The translations under genes and the position numbers were made by a program. Shown here piece by piece: positions 19,547-30,373 of a stretch of DNA of 64,000 nt (positions are counted from its first letter, which is position 1; every line of letters begins with the position of its first letter). The stretch is from Candidatus Bathyarchaeia archaeon. GTDB taxonomy: Archaea; Thermoproteota; Bathyarchaeia; Bathyarchaeales; DTEX01. The stretch spans positions 64 to 64,063 of the forward strand of contig JAWAXF010000003.1 of assembly GCA_038897035.1 (NCBI GenBank), read 5' to 3'. The notes under the pieces were generated by a model. The model did no database searches. It saw only the letters and a program-made list of their open reading frames with translations, and was not told the origin of the DNA.

Positions 19547-21055
19547 ATGAGCATGGAGCAGGATTATATAAGGATTTTTGATACAACCCTGCGCGATGGG
19601 GAGCAAACGCCCGGCGTATCATTGACTCCGGAGGAGAAGATGGAAATAGCATTACAACTTGACAAGCTTGGCGTCGACGTCATCGAGGCAGGTTTCCCCT
19701 CAGCCTCGAGGGGTGAACAAAGAGCCATAAGGGAGATTGCTAGAGCTGGCTTAAGGGCGCAGGTCTGCGCGCTTGCAAGGGCTCTAAGGAGCGACATTGA
19801 CATTGCATTACAATGTGACGTCAAATATATTCATACATTCATCTCGACTTCTGATGTCCAGATTAAGTATGCTTTAAATATGATGCCAGAGCAGGTTATT
19901 GAGACCATAATAGATTCAGTAAAATATGTTAAGGATCATGGCGCCATATGCGAGTTCTCACCGATGGACGCTACTAGAACCGATATAAAGTTTCTGAAGA
20001 ATGTTTGCAAAGCAGCTGAAGAGGCTGGAGCAGACTATATAAATATTCCAGATACAGTGGGCATAATGAGCCCGAGATCTATGGAGAGATTAATTAGGGA
20101 GTTAAGGGCTGTCCTGAAAGTCCCGATAAGTGTTCACTGCCACAATGACTTTGGCCTAGCCGTAGCTAATTCGTTAGCCGGGGTTGAGGCCGGTGCGGCA
20201 CAAGTCCATGTTACTGTCAATGGTTTGGGTGAGAGGGCTGGCAACGCGGCCCTAGAAGAGGTAGTCACGGCCCTCCACTTACTCTATAACAAGAGAACTG
20301 GAGTAAATACTAAGCTCCTTTATGAAACCTCAAAGCTTGTTTCAAGGTTAACTGGTGTTCCTGTTCAGCCAAATAAGGCTATTGTTGGAGAAAACGCCTT
20401 CGCGCATGAATCTGGAATACACACAAAGGGGGTTGTTATTAAGCCGATTACCTTTGAGCCCTTTGATCCGGAGCTTGTCGGTAGGCGGCGGAAGATAATC
20501 GCTGGGAAGCATGCTGGCAGGCATGGTATTAAGGCTACACTTGAGGAGGCTGGCTTCTACCCGACCGAGGAGCAGTTGAAGAAGATTGTTGAGCGAGTAA
20601 AGGAGCTTGGCGATAAAGGGAAGACTGTAACTGACGCCGATTTATTTGCGATTGCAAGAGCGGTTATGGGCAGGGCCCATGAGGAGGAAATCGTTAAGCT
20701 GGCCGATTTAGTCGTCACAACCGGCTTCAGGGTTACGCCAACAGCGTCCGTTAAGTTGCTCATTGATGGTAAAGAGTACGTTTCCGCCGAGACGGGAGTC
20801 GGCCCAGTGGACGCAGCTATTAAGGCCATACAAAAGATTACAAGCAATCTAGCTAATGTGAGACTAACAGAATATAGGCTTGAAGCCCTAACTGGTGGCT
20901 CAGACGCAGTTGCCGAAGTTATAATAAAGGTTGAGGATAAAGATGGAAACCTAATTTCCGCCAGAGGTGCTAGGGAGGATATTGTTATGGCAAGCGTTGA
21001 GGCTATGATAAGCGGAATAAACAAAATTTTATCAAAAAGGTTAAAAGAATCTTAA
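19547..21055 (+). CDS. leuA: 2-isopropylmalate synthase / (R)-citramalate synthase, paralog 2
   Basis: Carries [36 protein letters not shown] and [19 protein letters not shown], plus the C-terminal regulatory domain. Which paralog is LeuA and which is CimA cannot be decided from sequence alone. Confidence 0.85.
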   Translation: MSMEQDYIRIFDTTLRDGEQTPGVSLTPEEKMEIALQLDKLGVDVIEAGFPSASRGEQRAIREIARAGLRAQVCALARALRSDIDIALQCDVKYIHTFISTSDVQIKYALNMMPEQVIETIIDSVKYVKDHGAICEFSPMDATRTDIKFLKNVCKAAEEAGADYINIPDTVGIMSPRSMERLIRELRAVLKVPISVHCHNDFGLAVANSLAGVEAGAAQVHVTVNGLGERAGNAALEEVVTALHLLYNKRTGVNTKLLYETSKLVSRLTGVPVQPNKAIVGENAFAHESGIHTKGVVIKPITFEPFDPELVGRRRKIIAGKHAGRHGIKATLEEAGFYPTEEQLKKIVERVKELGDKGKTVTDADLFAIARAVMGRAHEEEIVKLADLVVTTGFRVTPTASVKLLIDGKEYVSAETGVGPVDAAIKAIQKITSNLANVRLTEYRLEALTGGSDAVAEVIIKVEDKDGNLISARGAREDIVMASVEAMISGINKILSKRLKES

Positions 21056-21085
21056 TTCGTTATTTTTTGCCAAGTGTGTAGAGAA

Positions 21086-22141
21086 ATGAAGAGGGGGAAG
21101 AGATTAACACCGTATTTTGTAAAGAAGCTCGAGCCTATAGAGGTTAGGGTGCCAAAAAAGATATCTGAGCTATTGTCGGAGATGGCTAAAACAGGTTTTC
21201 AGGGGAGGAAGCTTGGCGAGCTTATCGATATTTGGGAGATGATGCTCAAAGACGAGGTGACAATATTTTTCGGCTTTGCTGGATCAATGAGCACGACTGG
21301 CCAGTGGAAAATAATTAATTGGCTCATTGAAAAACGCTTCATAGACGTCATTGTCTCAACCGGCGCAAATATATCGGAGGACATCCTAGAGGCTATGGGC
21401 GGAACATATTGGCAGGGACACTATTTCGTTGACGACGAAGATTTGGCGAGACACAGAATAGATAGATTTTACGACGTGTTCGCCGACGAATATGAGTACG
21501 AAGAAATGGAAAACCTAATAGCTGACTTTATGATGACCTTGAAAGCAGGCTATAGATACTCCTCAGCGGAGTTCCTCCACCTCTTTGGCAAATATCTGTC
21601 AGAGATAGGGGTAAAGAGTATTATAGCGAAAGCTTATGAGAACGATTTGCCAGTCTTCTGCCCAGCTATAGTTGACAGCGCATATGGTATTGCGTATATA
21701 TTGAATAGGCGGAGGAGCAAGGGGGCATTTAGCATAATTGTGGATCAGATGAAGGACTTTGATCAGCTCGTCGATATAAAGAGGAGGTCAAAGGATACTG
21801 GCGTGATATATGTAGGTGGGGGCGTGCCTAAAGACTTCATTCAATTGACGGCCATAGGCGCGAGCATAACCAATGACGGAAGATATAGTCTTCCAGTCCC
21901 ACATAAATATGCAATTCAAATAACAACTGATGCGCCCCATTGGGGAGGCCTATCCGGCTGCACATTTGAGGAGGCTATAAGCTGGGGTAAAGAAAGTAGG
22001 GCTGGGAGAAACGTTCAATGCTACTGTGATGCGACAATAGCTCTCCCAATAATTTCGCATGCGTTAGCTGAAAGGATTAATGAGAGAAAGAATCGGCCAG
22101 ACCTCTCATGGATTTTTCATGAAGTAAGACAAATGATCTAA
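21086..22141 (+). CDS. dys: Deoxyhypusine synthase
   Basis: The segment GFAGSMSTTGQWKIINWLIEKRFIDVIVSTGANISEDILEAMG and the C-terminal GGGVPKDFI...EAISWGK are typical of the DHS family. Confidence 0.85.
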   Translation: MKRGKRLTPYFVKKLEPIEVRVPKKISELLSEMAKTGFQGRKLGELIDIWEMMLKDEVTIFFGFAGSMSTTGQWKIINWLIEKRFIDVIVSTGANISEDILEAMGGTYWQGHYFVDDEDLARHRIDRFYDVFADEYEYEEMENLIADFMMTLKAGYRYSSAEFLHLFGKYLSEIGVKSIIAKAYENDLPVFCPAIVDSAYGIAYILNRRRSKGAFSIIVDQMKDFDQLVDIKRRSKDTGVIYVGGGVPKDFIQLTAIGASITNDGRYSLPVPHKYAIQITTDAPHWGGLSGCTFEEAISWGKESRAGRNVQCYCDATIALPIISHALAERINERKNRPDLSWIFHEVRQMI

Positions 22142-22157
22142 TATTTAATATTACAAC

Positions 22158-22607
22158 TTATTCTCCCTCTTTTTTCTGGGTATTAAGTAGAAACGAAAGA
22201 TTCCTTCTGTTCAGAAATGCCGGTGGGTTCAGATCTTCAACTAGACGCCGATAAACTAAACTCTCATCCATCTTGATTATTCTAAGGAATGCTGGCCAAT
22301 CGATAACCGTATCGGAGGTAAAAACATTATTTCTCCTTTTTGCAACGAGCACTCTCCCGCGCCTGCAGAAACGCGCAGCCCCTCGGGATACAATTATTAT
22401 TCCCGGGGCAGTTGACTTAGCTTTGAAGCCACCCATATATGGGATACGTGCCCTCGTTAGGGCGATGGCGTAATATGCGTCATCTTTATCTGAGTGAACC
22501 TTCCAGAATTTATTAGAAATGATCGCTGAGACGAGGTCATCAATCCTCCGCCTAGAGCACCCTGGATAAACCTTCAGGAAATATTTCCTCAGTTCCTCAG
22601 CGCGCAA
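22158..22607 (-). CDS. Hypothetical protein
   Basis: 149-aa ORF with a TTG start. No motif recognised. Confidence 0.35.
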   Translation of the reverse strand: MRAEELRKYFLKVYPGCSRRRIDDLVSAIISNKFWKVHSDKDDAYYAIALTRARIPYMGGFKAKSTAPGIIIVSRGAARFCRRGRVLVAKRRNNVFTSDTVIDWPAFLRIIKMDESLVYRRLVEDLNPPAFLNRRNLSFLLNTQKKEGE

Positions 22608-22724
22608 GGCGAATCACCCTAATTGTTCTCAGAAACAAAATGAGCTCAGTGATCTAAAAGCGTATATCAACGAAAACGAATTTAATAATGGTTGCTTATT
22701 GATCCCTAGCTTGCGGTGGTTAAA

Positions 22725-23051
22725 ATGCCTATAGAAGCTTCAACTCTGGTTATGATTGTAAGTATAGTGTTTTTACTCGTCTTTTTAATGATATTCCTCA
22801 TAGTATTCATATCGATTCTTAGATGGTTCAGAAGGCCAAGAATCTACTATGCGCCCCTAAAGGTTGAGGATTACATGTGCCCTAGATGCGGATCAAAAGA
22901 ACTCGATATTATTGGAATGAGAACACTGCGGTGTAGAAAGTGTGGAACAACGTTTACGCTGAGGACAACCTTATATGAGGAGCATTATGTAATATGGCCG
23001 CTCTTCTGGTGGTTTCCAATAATAATCCCGATACCATTTAGAGACAGGTGA
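22725..23051 (+). CDS. Membrane-anchored zinc-ribbon protein (hypothetical)
   Basis: N-terminal TM helix LVMIVSIVFLLVFLMIFLIVFISIL, followed by CPRCGSKELDIIGMRTLRCRKCG (CxxC...CxxC). Confidence 0.45.
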   Translation: MPIEASTLVMIVSIVFLLVFLMIFLIVFISILRWFRRPRIYYAPLKVEDYMCPRCGSKELDIIGMRTLRCRKCGTTFTLRTTLYEEHYVIWPLFWWFPIIIPIPFRDR

Positions 23052-23197
23052 GGGACCTCGATGAATGATTAAACCTTTAGTAATGAACAGATAGCGTGGC
23101 TTAAACCCTTGCCCGCTTCGCTTAAGCGCCTACTTTACTTAAACCTTAAATAAATAAACTCTTGGATAGATTAAGGGTGTCATCCTTGTATGGATTG

Positions 23198-25027
23198 ATG
23201 GGAAAGATTTTGAGGATTGATTTAAGGAATAAAAAGGCTACTGCAGAGTCTCTAAAAGAAGATGTTGTTAAGAAATTTATTGGTGGCAGGGGTCTCGGTG
23301 CCTGGATTTTGTGGCGTGAGCTTTCTCCCGGGGTGGATCCACTTAGCCCCGAGAATAAACTGGTTATTGACGTCGGGCCTCTAACAGGCACAAAGGCTTT
23401 AGGCGCGCATCGATGGATTGCCCAGTTTAAATCGCCACTAACCAACACTTACTTCAGGTCCGTTGGCGGCGGCTTCTTTGGAGCCGAGCTTAAATTTACC
23501 GGCTACGACGCTTTAGTGATAGAAGGCAGGGCTGAGAAACCAACCTACGTGCACATACATGATGATGGTGTTGAATTTCGGGATGCCGATAAAGTTTGGG
23601 GGATGACCACTGACGCCGCCAGGGATTTCCTACGGGAGGAAACTGCCAGAGATGCTAGGATGGTCATAATAGGACCCGCGGGGGAGAGACTGGCGAGGAT
23701 ATCCGCATTAGTCACGGATGATATGAGGACTGCCTCAAGAGGAGGGGGAGGTGCGGTCATGGGCTCAAAAAATCTTAAGGCTATAGTCGTTAAAGGCTCG
23801 AAGAGACCAGAGATTTTTGATGAGAAAGCCTTCGAGGAGGCTGTAAGGGAAGAAATAGAGGTCATTAAAGAGAGCCCGGTCTTTGAGGCCTTTCACAGTT
23901 TAGGCACAAACATAGCGGTTTATGGCGAGTACTTAGGCGGCTGTTTTCCAACATATAACTATAAACAAGAAAAACTAGAGGGGATAGAGATGTTTAAGCC
24001 TGAAAACCTTTCACGATACGTTGTGAAGCACTATGGGTGTTATGGATGCATGGTCCGCTGCGGCAAGATATTTAAGCTTACAAGGGGCCCCTATGCTGGC
24101 ATTGTATGGGACTTCCCAGAATATGAGACCCACTGGTCCTTCGGAGGCAATCTTGGAAATATTAATATCGAGTCTATAACGTACGCTAATATGCTGGCTG
24201 ATAAGTATGGGCTGGACACCATATCAGCCGGCTCAGCTATCGGCTTTGCTATAGAGCTGTATGAAAAGGGGATAATCAGTAAGAGCGAAGCTGATGGATT
24301 TGATCTTAGGTGGGGTGATCCAGATCTCATCTGCGAGCTCGTCAGAAGAATAGCCCTTAGAATTGGTATTGGAAATATACTCGCTGAGGGTGTTAGGAGG
24401 GCAGCTGAGATAATAGGTAGGGGGGCCGAGAAATACGCTATGCACGTTAAGGGGCTTGAGCTACCAGCCCATGACCCGAGGAGGGCTAAGGCCTTTGGGC
24501 TCAGTATGGCGACGTCCCCGATAGGTGCAAGCCACACCATAGGCGTTAGTGCTTTTGAGGAGTTTGGAATCCCATTTAAGGGTAAGAAGGTTGATCCATT
24601 TGCCACTGAGGGGAAGGGGGAGCTGGCCAAGTATATTCAGGATGAGACTGCCGCAAATGAGACTGGCGTATGGTGCATCTTCGTCACATTGTTCTGCGGT
24701 GTATCCCTAGCCCTCTATGCAAAACTTCTAGAGGCGGCAACTGGCATAAAAGAGTTCGATGCCCAACATCTACTACTTGTTGGCGAGAGAATATTTACCC
24801 TTGAAAGGGCCATAAGCGCTAGGGATGGCATCGACGCCATATATGATAGGATGCCTGAAAGAATAACTAAGGAAGCGATTCCGAGGGATGATACACCAGC
24901 AAGGGGCCAAGTCTTCGAGGAGGAAATTCTAGTCAAAGATTACTATAGGGCACGAGGTTGGGATGAAAAAGGAATCCCAACTAAGGAGAAACTTAAAGAA
25001 CTAGGCTTGGAAGAAGCTGATTTCTAA
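23198..25027 (+). CDS. aor: Tungsten-type aldehyde:ferredoxin oxidoreductase family enzyme
   Basis: The N-terminus MGKILRIDLRNKKATAESLKEDVVKKFIGGRGLGAWILW is the canonical AOR start. Also present are RTASRGGGGAVMGSKNLKAIVV and the CYGCMVRCG cluster motif. Confidence 0.9.
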   Translation: MGKILRIDLRNKKATAESLKEDVVKKFIGGRGLGAWILWRELSPGVDPLSPENKLVIDVGPLTGTKALGAHRWIAQFKSPLTNTYFRSVGGGFFGAELKFTGYDALVIEGRAEKPTYVHIHDDGVEFRDADKVWGMTTDAARDFLREETARDARMVIIGPAGERLARISALVTDDMRTASRGGGGAVMGSKNLKAIVVKGSKRPEIFDEKAFEEAVREEIEVIKESPVFEAFHSLGTNIAVYGEYLGGCFPTYNYKQEKLEGIEMFKPENLSRYVVKHYGCYGCMVRCGKIFKLTRGPYAGIVWDFPEYETHWSFGGNLGNINIESITYANMLADKYGLDTISAGSAIGFAIELYEKGIISKSEADGFDLRWGDPDLICELVRRIALRIGIGNILAEGVRRAAEIIGRGAEKYAMHVKGLELPAHDPRRAKAFGLSMATSPIGASHTIGVSAFEEFGIPFKGKKVDPFATEGKGELAKYIQDETAANETGVWCIFVTLFCGVSLALYAKLLEAATGIKEFDAQHLLLVGERIFTLERAISARDGIDAIYDRMPERITKEAIPRDDTPARGQVFEEEILVKDYYRARGWDEKGIPTKEKLKELGLEEADF

Positions 25028-25250
25028 CTTAATCAAGAAGATCGTAAGAGAAATTATTTACTACCACATATTTATTTTTGTAATAACGCTGAAGTGAAAG
25101 GGCTCCTGCTCATAATGGTTTGTTTGAAAGGTGAGTGATCCGCCCAATTGGTCTTTACCCTAAACCTTAGCTTCTAAATGGGGAGAAAAATTTTGGGCCA
25201 TCATAAGGCTAAGCTAATAAAAGCAATGTTATATAAGATGCGGTTTCTCC

Positions 25251-25529
25251 CTAAGCCTTTAGCCTTCTTTTAATAAGTATAAAGGTGACCGCAGCCGGGA
25301 TGGCCCCTAAGATAACGATTAATGCAACCTCAGGCAAAATGACCCCAAGGGTTGGGGGAGCAAGTTTGGGCGTGGCTATAATTTTTCCGCTCTCGCTCTT
25401 GCTCACATAAGTTGCTCTTTCCCAATCCCCCATCGTTTTCATGCCTGTGTGTAAAAGTAGAAGAGGCGCTAGCATCATAGTTACTCCGAGTACGGCTGCG
25501 AGCATTAGGCTGAGCAGGTTTCTCTTCAA
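25251..25529 (-). CDS. Small membrane protein (hypothetical)
   Basis: 92 aa with N- and C-terminal hydrophobic helices. It lies downstream of the wHTH membrane protein on the same strand. Confidence 0.4.
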   Translation of the reverse strand: MKRNLLSLMLAAVLGVTMMLAPLLLLHTGMKTMGDWERATYVSKSESGKIIATPKLAPPTLGVILPEVALIVILGAIPAAVTFILIKRRLKA

Positions 25530-25572
25530 ATTTCACCCTCTATAAAATACTTTTCAGTACCCTTTAATTATT

Positions 25573-26028
25573 CTATGTTTTTGAACGACCCTCCAATACC
25601 AGCTTGATAGTTTCCGTCCAGAAGATTATTGAGGCTAATATGCCGAAGATTAGCGCCACGATGTTGTGTATGCTCCATGTGTGCTCATATAGGATTATGT
25701 ATATGATGAGCATGCTCGTCATCCACACCGCGTAGAACGCGAACCTGGGTATCATATACCTCCCCATTCGGACGAAGAGCTTTAGGATCCCGACCTTAAC
25801 CTCCTGCGTGAGGAAGTATTCGCCAGTAGCAGTTTTATCCGCCAGCCCAAGGGAGACGAGCTTGTCAAGATGGTATGCCGCCAAGCTAGGACTAGAGAAT
25901 TTCAGCGCCCTCTGAACCTCTCTGACGCCAACTTTAGACCCAGACTTCTCCAGCAAGTAGATGTAGACTCTAAGTGTCTTGCCTTTAAGGCTAGCCTCTA
26001 AGTCGGCCTCGCTCATAAAGGACTCCAT
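25573..26028 (-). CDS. Winged-helix (ArsR/MarR-like) protein with C-terminal membrane helices
   Basis: LRVYIYLLEKSGSKVGVREVQRALKFSSPSLAAYHLDKLVSLGLA is a wHTH. It is followed by two or three TM helices. ATG 26028 is preferred, because the 15 upstream codons in the ORF track lie in AT-rich promoter-like DNA. Confidence 0.55.
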   Translation of the reverse strand: MESFMSEADLEASLKGKTLRVYIYLLEKSGSKVGVREVQRALKFSSPSLAAYHLDKLVSLGLADKTATGEYFLTQEVKVGILKLFVRMGRYMIPRFAFYAVWMTSMLIIYIILYEHTWSIHNIVALIFGILASIIFWTETIKLVLEGRSKT

Positions 26029-26147
26029 AGGACAATTAACCAAAGAACAATATTTAATTTTAATACTGTTCAATCCACTTGAACAAGTGTACTAAAACAT
26101 AGAGCAATAAGCCGCGGCACGTATATTTTTGTGGTGATGAAAATTTG

Positions 26148-27998
26148 ATGGGTTATAAGTGTCTAGTTGTGGTGTTCTTAGTTCTAGTTGCAGCGACCGT
26201 TGTGTGGACAATGCTTATATCCTTCGAGTGGACGAGTACAGAGCCCGGCAGCCTGAAAACCTTTAAATCAAAAGATGAACTTTTAAACTTTGTTAGCGCC
26301 AAAGTTAAGGCTGTAGAGACGGATCCTCTCATAAGGAGGTTTGTAGGCTTTGCTAGGACCCCGCTAGCCGTACCTGCCCCTGCCGAAGCTGCATTTAAGG
26401 CGTCAGAATATTCTTTGACAAACATCCAGGTCGAGAGTGTTGATGAAGCTGATATAGTTAAAACGGACGGGCAACTAATCTACGTCGCTTCTCATAAAGG
26501 ATGGATAAGCATTATTAAAGCTTATCCGCCTAAAGAGATGAGGGTTCTTTCAAAGATTAACCTTAATGGAGGCGTTATCGGCTTATTTATAGGCAAAGGA
26601 AGACTCATCGCTCTCATCGAGGAAGCCGCTGGGATCAACCCATTACCAGAAAAGAGCGGCATACCTCTCTTAGTACCATATTTTCCATGGAGATTACTAA
26701 TAAAAGTTTTTGATGTCTCAGCCCCAGAGAAGCCTAAGATTACCAGTGAAGTCACATTTGAGGGTAATTACATATCTTCAAGAATGATAGATGCTTACGT
26801 TTACGTAGTTTTAGCACACCCAGTATTAGCGGGGAACCAAACCCTCCTTCCAAGATGGGCAACTAATGGCGTCTGGAGGGAGATCTCCCCATCTGATGTA
26901 TACTACTCCGATTCAATAGAGGCTCCCTCAGGCTACACGTTAATAGTAGCCTTAGATATTTTAAATGGGGGCCACGTGGCCGTAAAATCTGTATTAACGG
27001 GATACGCGTCATGCATGTACATGTCTAGGAGTAATCTCTACATAGCCCTTCCAGTGCTAGATAGATTTCTGGGTGGCTGGGGCAGAACGGAAATTTATAG
27101 GATATCTGTGCATGGGCTGAACATTAGATGTGAAGCTGGAGGTAAGGTTCCGGGCAAAGTGCTAAACCAGTTCTCAATGGATGAGTATGAGGGATACTTT
27201 AGAGTGGCTACAACGACGGCGCCTTATAGACCCTTCGGTGAGGGCATGAGGGCAGAAAGCAACAATGTGTACGTCTTAGATGCGGAAGACTTGAAGGTTA
27301 TTGGGAAGATTGAGGGCTTAGCCCCCGGGGAACGAATATACTCTGCGCGTTTCATGGGAAAACGATGCTACTTAGTAACATTCAAGAAGGTTGATCCATT
27401 ATTCACAATCGACCTCTCAGATCCCTCCAGCCCAAAGGTCTTAGGCGCGCTTAAAATACCGGGATATAGCGACTACCTTCATCCTTATGGTGAGGACTAC
27501 CTAATTGGAATTGGGAAGGAGGCCACCCCGGCTGAAGAGGGGGACTTCGCTTGGTATCAGGGCCTAAAGATATCGCTCTTCGATATCTCAGACATCGAGC
27601 ATCCAAGAGAGGTTGCCAAGATAATTATAGGCGATAGGGGTACAGATTCGCCAGCCCTACTCGACCATCATGCATTACTCTTTGATAAGAGAAGAAGCTT
27701 ACTAGTAATCCCTATTCTAGAGGCGAGGATATTTGAGGAGGATTATCCGAGGGGGAGGCCGCCTTGGATATATGGCAGACCAGTATTCCAAGGAGCCTAC
27801 ATATTCCATATCTCACCAGAGGATGGCATAGTGTTAAGGGGCAGAATAACCCATATGGAGGGTGACGAGATCAACCCAACATACGAGGTTGAAAGAACGC
27901 TCTACATAGATGAAGCATTATACACAATCAGCGACGGGAAGATTAAAGCAAACAACTTAGATAACTTAAGCGAAATCTGTGAGGTCATCTTAGAATAG
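26148..27998 (+). CDS. Membrane-anchored extracellular beta-propeller domain protein
   Basis: N-terminal anchor CLVVVFLVLVAATVVWTMLI. Motifs VDEADIVKTDGQLIYV and RFMGKRCYLVTFKKVDPLFTIDLSDPSSPKVLGALKIPGYSDYLHPYGEDYLIGIGKE are characteristic of the archaeal/bacterial Beta_propel family. Confidence 0.7.
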   Translation: MGYKCLVVVFLVLVAATVVWTMLISFEWTSTEPGSLKTFKSKDELLNFVSAKVKAVETDPLIRRFVGFARTPLAVPAPAEAAFKASEYSLTNIQVESVDEADIVKTDGQLIYVASHKGWISIIKAYPPKEMRVLSKINLNGGVIGLFIGKGRLIALIEEAAGINPLPEKSGIPLLVPYFPWRLLIKVFDVSAPEKPKITSEVTFEGNYISSRMIDAYVYVVLAHPVLAGNQTLLPRWATNGVWREISPSDVYYSDSIEAPSGYTLIVALDILNGGHVAVKSVLTGYASCMYMSRSNLYIALPVLDRFLGGWGRTEIYRISVHGLNIRCEAGGKVPGKVLNQFSMDEYEGYFRVATTTAPYRPFGEGMRAESNNVYVLDAEDLKVIGKIEGLAPGERIYSARFMGKRCYLVTFKKVDPLFTIDLSDPSSPKVLGALKIPGYSDYLHPYGEDYLIGIGKEATPAEEGDFAWYQGLKISLFDISDIEHPREVAKIIIGDRGTDSPALLDHHALLFDKRRSLLVIPILEARIFEEDYPRGRPPWIYGRPVFQGAYIFHISPEDGIVLRGRITHMEGDEINPTYEVERTLYIDEALYTISDGKIKANNLDNLSEICEVILE

Positions 27999-28206
27999 AC
28001 TCGAGTGAACTGCATAAAAGGGAGAACATCCTGTGCTTTATGACCAAAATTTAGGAAAACGAGAAGCAATAAAAGATACCTTACTCGAGAGCCATCCTAA
28101 ACCTACCCCCTCTCCCCATCTATTAGTCCTTTGACTACAACAAACAGTTCTCACTGAGACAAAATTATTAATTCTGGAATAAAATAAACTATTTCATGGG
28201 TGTTTT

Positions 28207-28515
28207 GTGGTGTCTGGATTATGTCGATTACTTGGCCTTATAATTTTAATATTGGGTGTTCTGGGCGTGTTAGGGTCACTGTATCTTTTTGGACTTAAGG
28301 CCGTTGTAACCTCGCTTACTCGAGATATGATAGGGAATGCTATATGGCATGTAGCAGATTTAAACATGACGGCTCATGAGGGCATCAAGGTTATGAACGA
28401 GTGGATCAACACATTATCTTCACTATTAGATAAACCGCTGTTACTCCTATTAGTCTACAGCCTAATATTGATATTAGCATCGATCGTAATGATTAAAAGC
28501 CACTCTACAAAATGA
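28207..28515 (+). CDS. Small membrane protein (hypothetical)
   Basis: 102 aa with hydrophobic N- and C-terminal helices. Confidence 0.35.
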   Translation: MVSGLCRLLGLIILILGVLGVLGSLYLFGLKAVVTSLTRDMIGNAIWHVADLNMTAHEGIKVMNEWINTLSSLLDKPLLLLLVYSLILILASIVMIKSHSTK

Positions 28516-28645
28516 CCAAACAGCATATTCACAATTTTCTCTTTTCTATAACATTCTCATCCCATCTCACATCATGATTAACATGCGCGTAATGCCTAAG
28601 ATAGCAGTTTCAAAATAGATAGGTTTAAATACTTGTTTATTCTTT

Positions 28646-30355
28646 GATGGAAGAAGAACTCTTACGTCCCTCTGAGGTTGCTAAGAAGTTCGATATTTCA
28701 GTTAAAACGCTTTGGAAGTGGCAGAAGAGGGGATTATTAGGGCAGTTAGGCTCCCAACTGGGAAGCTCCGATATCCTAAGAGTGAGATTATGGAAGCAGT
28801 TAAAAGCTACAGGATCCCAGTAGAAGCACCGAGAGATTTAATCGAAGAATACTTCAAAGTTAAGCAGAAGGCTTTAGACGCAATCTTCTCACATGTTAAA
28901 ATTTCTAAGAAGGCTCACCTTGAATTCGATAGAGAGGATAGGAAAAGGCTTAGAGATGAATTGCCTACGAGAGTGGAAATACTCCAAACACTACGTTGAT
29001 TCAGCAATAAGCTCTGTCATAGGGCTTGTTAAGGGCTGGATAACGCTCTACAATAGGGGGAAAGCTGAAGGTAAGCCTGAGATAACTAAAAGAGCAGTCT
29101 ACATCAAGAGCACTCTTTTCAGCTTCAGAAACGGGTTCTGAAGATAAGCATTGAACCGAATAAACGTTATCTTGAGGTTGATTTAACAAAGTATCCTTGG
29201 GTTCGCGGAGATTTCGATGGGATTGGAGGGTTGATTCTAACTGGGAGGGAGCTTATAGTAACGGTTAAGAAGAGCGTTGAGCCGAAGGCTGAGAAGTGGG
29301 CGTCATTTGACGTTAACTTAACGAATGTAACGGCATTCATAGATGGCGAGATTAAGCGCTATGACTTAAGAGAACTCTACCATATTCACAGAACCTATGA
29401 AAGTAAGCGGCAGAGTAAGCCTAATACATCAAAGATGCTCCTCAAGAAGTATTCTAATTCTTAATGGCTCGAAGGACATGAACCGAAAGCTATCAAAGTG
29501 GAACATAAGAACCTTCCAGTTCATGCTTGAATACACGCTTAAATGGCTTAACCTACCAGTAAAATACGTTAACTCAGCCAAATCATCTAAAACCTGCCCC
29601 AGTCTCTATAGAAAAAAATCTTTATATGTAGGCAGGTAGATGATAAATCTATGAACTCCTCGAAGGAATTAGCCTACATACTAGGCGTTTTAATGGGTGA
29701 TGGCTCGGTATACGAGAGAAAAAAAGAAGCACGAGTACGTCATAAAATTGAGAACGACTGAACGAGATTTTGCTGAAAGCTTTGCCCATGCGCTTGAAAA
29801 GCTCGGTATGAGACCTAGAATTGATATTGAAGATAGAAGCAAACACAATCCTAGATGGAAAATACAATATGTTGTTAGAGCTTTTTCGAAAACCTTTTAT
29901 GAATTTTACAAATCTTTATCGTCTAAGGATATAAAAGAGTTAATAAAAGGCTACGAACCCTATTTTTTAAGAGGATTTTACGAAAGTGAGGGGTTGTGCT
30001 ATGAAGGCAAAGGAACCATGAGTATACGTATATACAATTCGAATCTAACGCTGATAGATATTGCTTATGAAGCACTTACAAGGCTTGGATTTCACGTAGT
30101 GATTAAAGATAGGGGTTACCCAGGGGGCTAAGAAGAGGGCGTATGAAATAAGGATTAAAGGATGGAAGGAGAGTTTGAGGTTATCTTCTTAGTGAAACCA
30201 GTCATTAAAGTTCCGCAATGGATTAGCTCTGTTCAGGAAGCATGGCTTCCTATGGGGGGAGGCTGGTGAGATACAAAAAGTGCAGCCTCATAATGGATAG
30301 AGACATAGTAGCAGTATTAAACCTTCAGATGCGGGGAGAAGGGTTCCCCCAATGA
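28646..30355 (+). pseudogene. tnpB: tnpB (OrfB, RNA-guided endonuclease family) pseudogene with an N-terminal MerR-like HTH
   Basis: Pieces spread across frames are:
- LLRPSEVAKKFDISVKTLWKW / EGIIRAVRLPTGKLRYPKSEI (the HTH)
- YRIPVEAPRDLIEEYFKVKQKALD
- WKYSKHYVDSAISSVIGLVKGW
- WASFDVNLTNV (RuvC-I Asp)
- LNGSKDMNRKLSKWNIRTFQFMLEYTLKWLNLPVKYVNSAKSSKTCP
- SYGGRLVRYKKCSLIMDRDIVAVLNL (RuvC-III)
There are at least five frame changes. The region around the RuvC-II Glu is deleted, and the zinc finger is interrupted. Confidence 0.65.
29651..30192 (+). pseudogene. Double-motif LAGLIDADG homing endonuclease gene, twice frameshifted at homopolymers
   Basis: Motif 1 is ELAYILGVLMGDGSV and motif 2 is YFLRGFYESEGL, about 100 aa apart, as in monomeric I-DmoI-type enzymes. 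The frame changes in the A7 run at about 29718-29725 and in the G5 run at 30123-30127. After correction the tail reads GAKKRAYEIRIKGWKESLRLSS*. Confidence 0.7.
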
Positions 30356-30373
30356 GCTAATCGAGAGGGAAGG

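Noticed and set aside
29601-30226. Intein interpretation of the LAGLIDADG segment inside tnpB.
   Set aside because: There is no N-terminal splicing block between the break and the first LAGLIDADG motif (about 16 codons only), and no C-terminal His-Asn plus nucleophile. The endonuclease also has its own ATG and stop, in a frame unrelated to tnpB.
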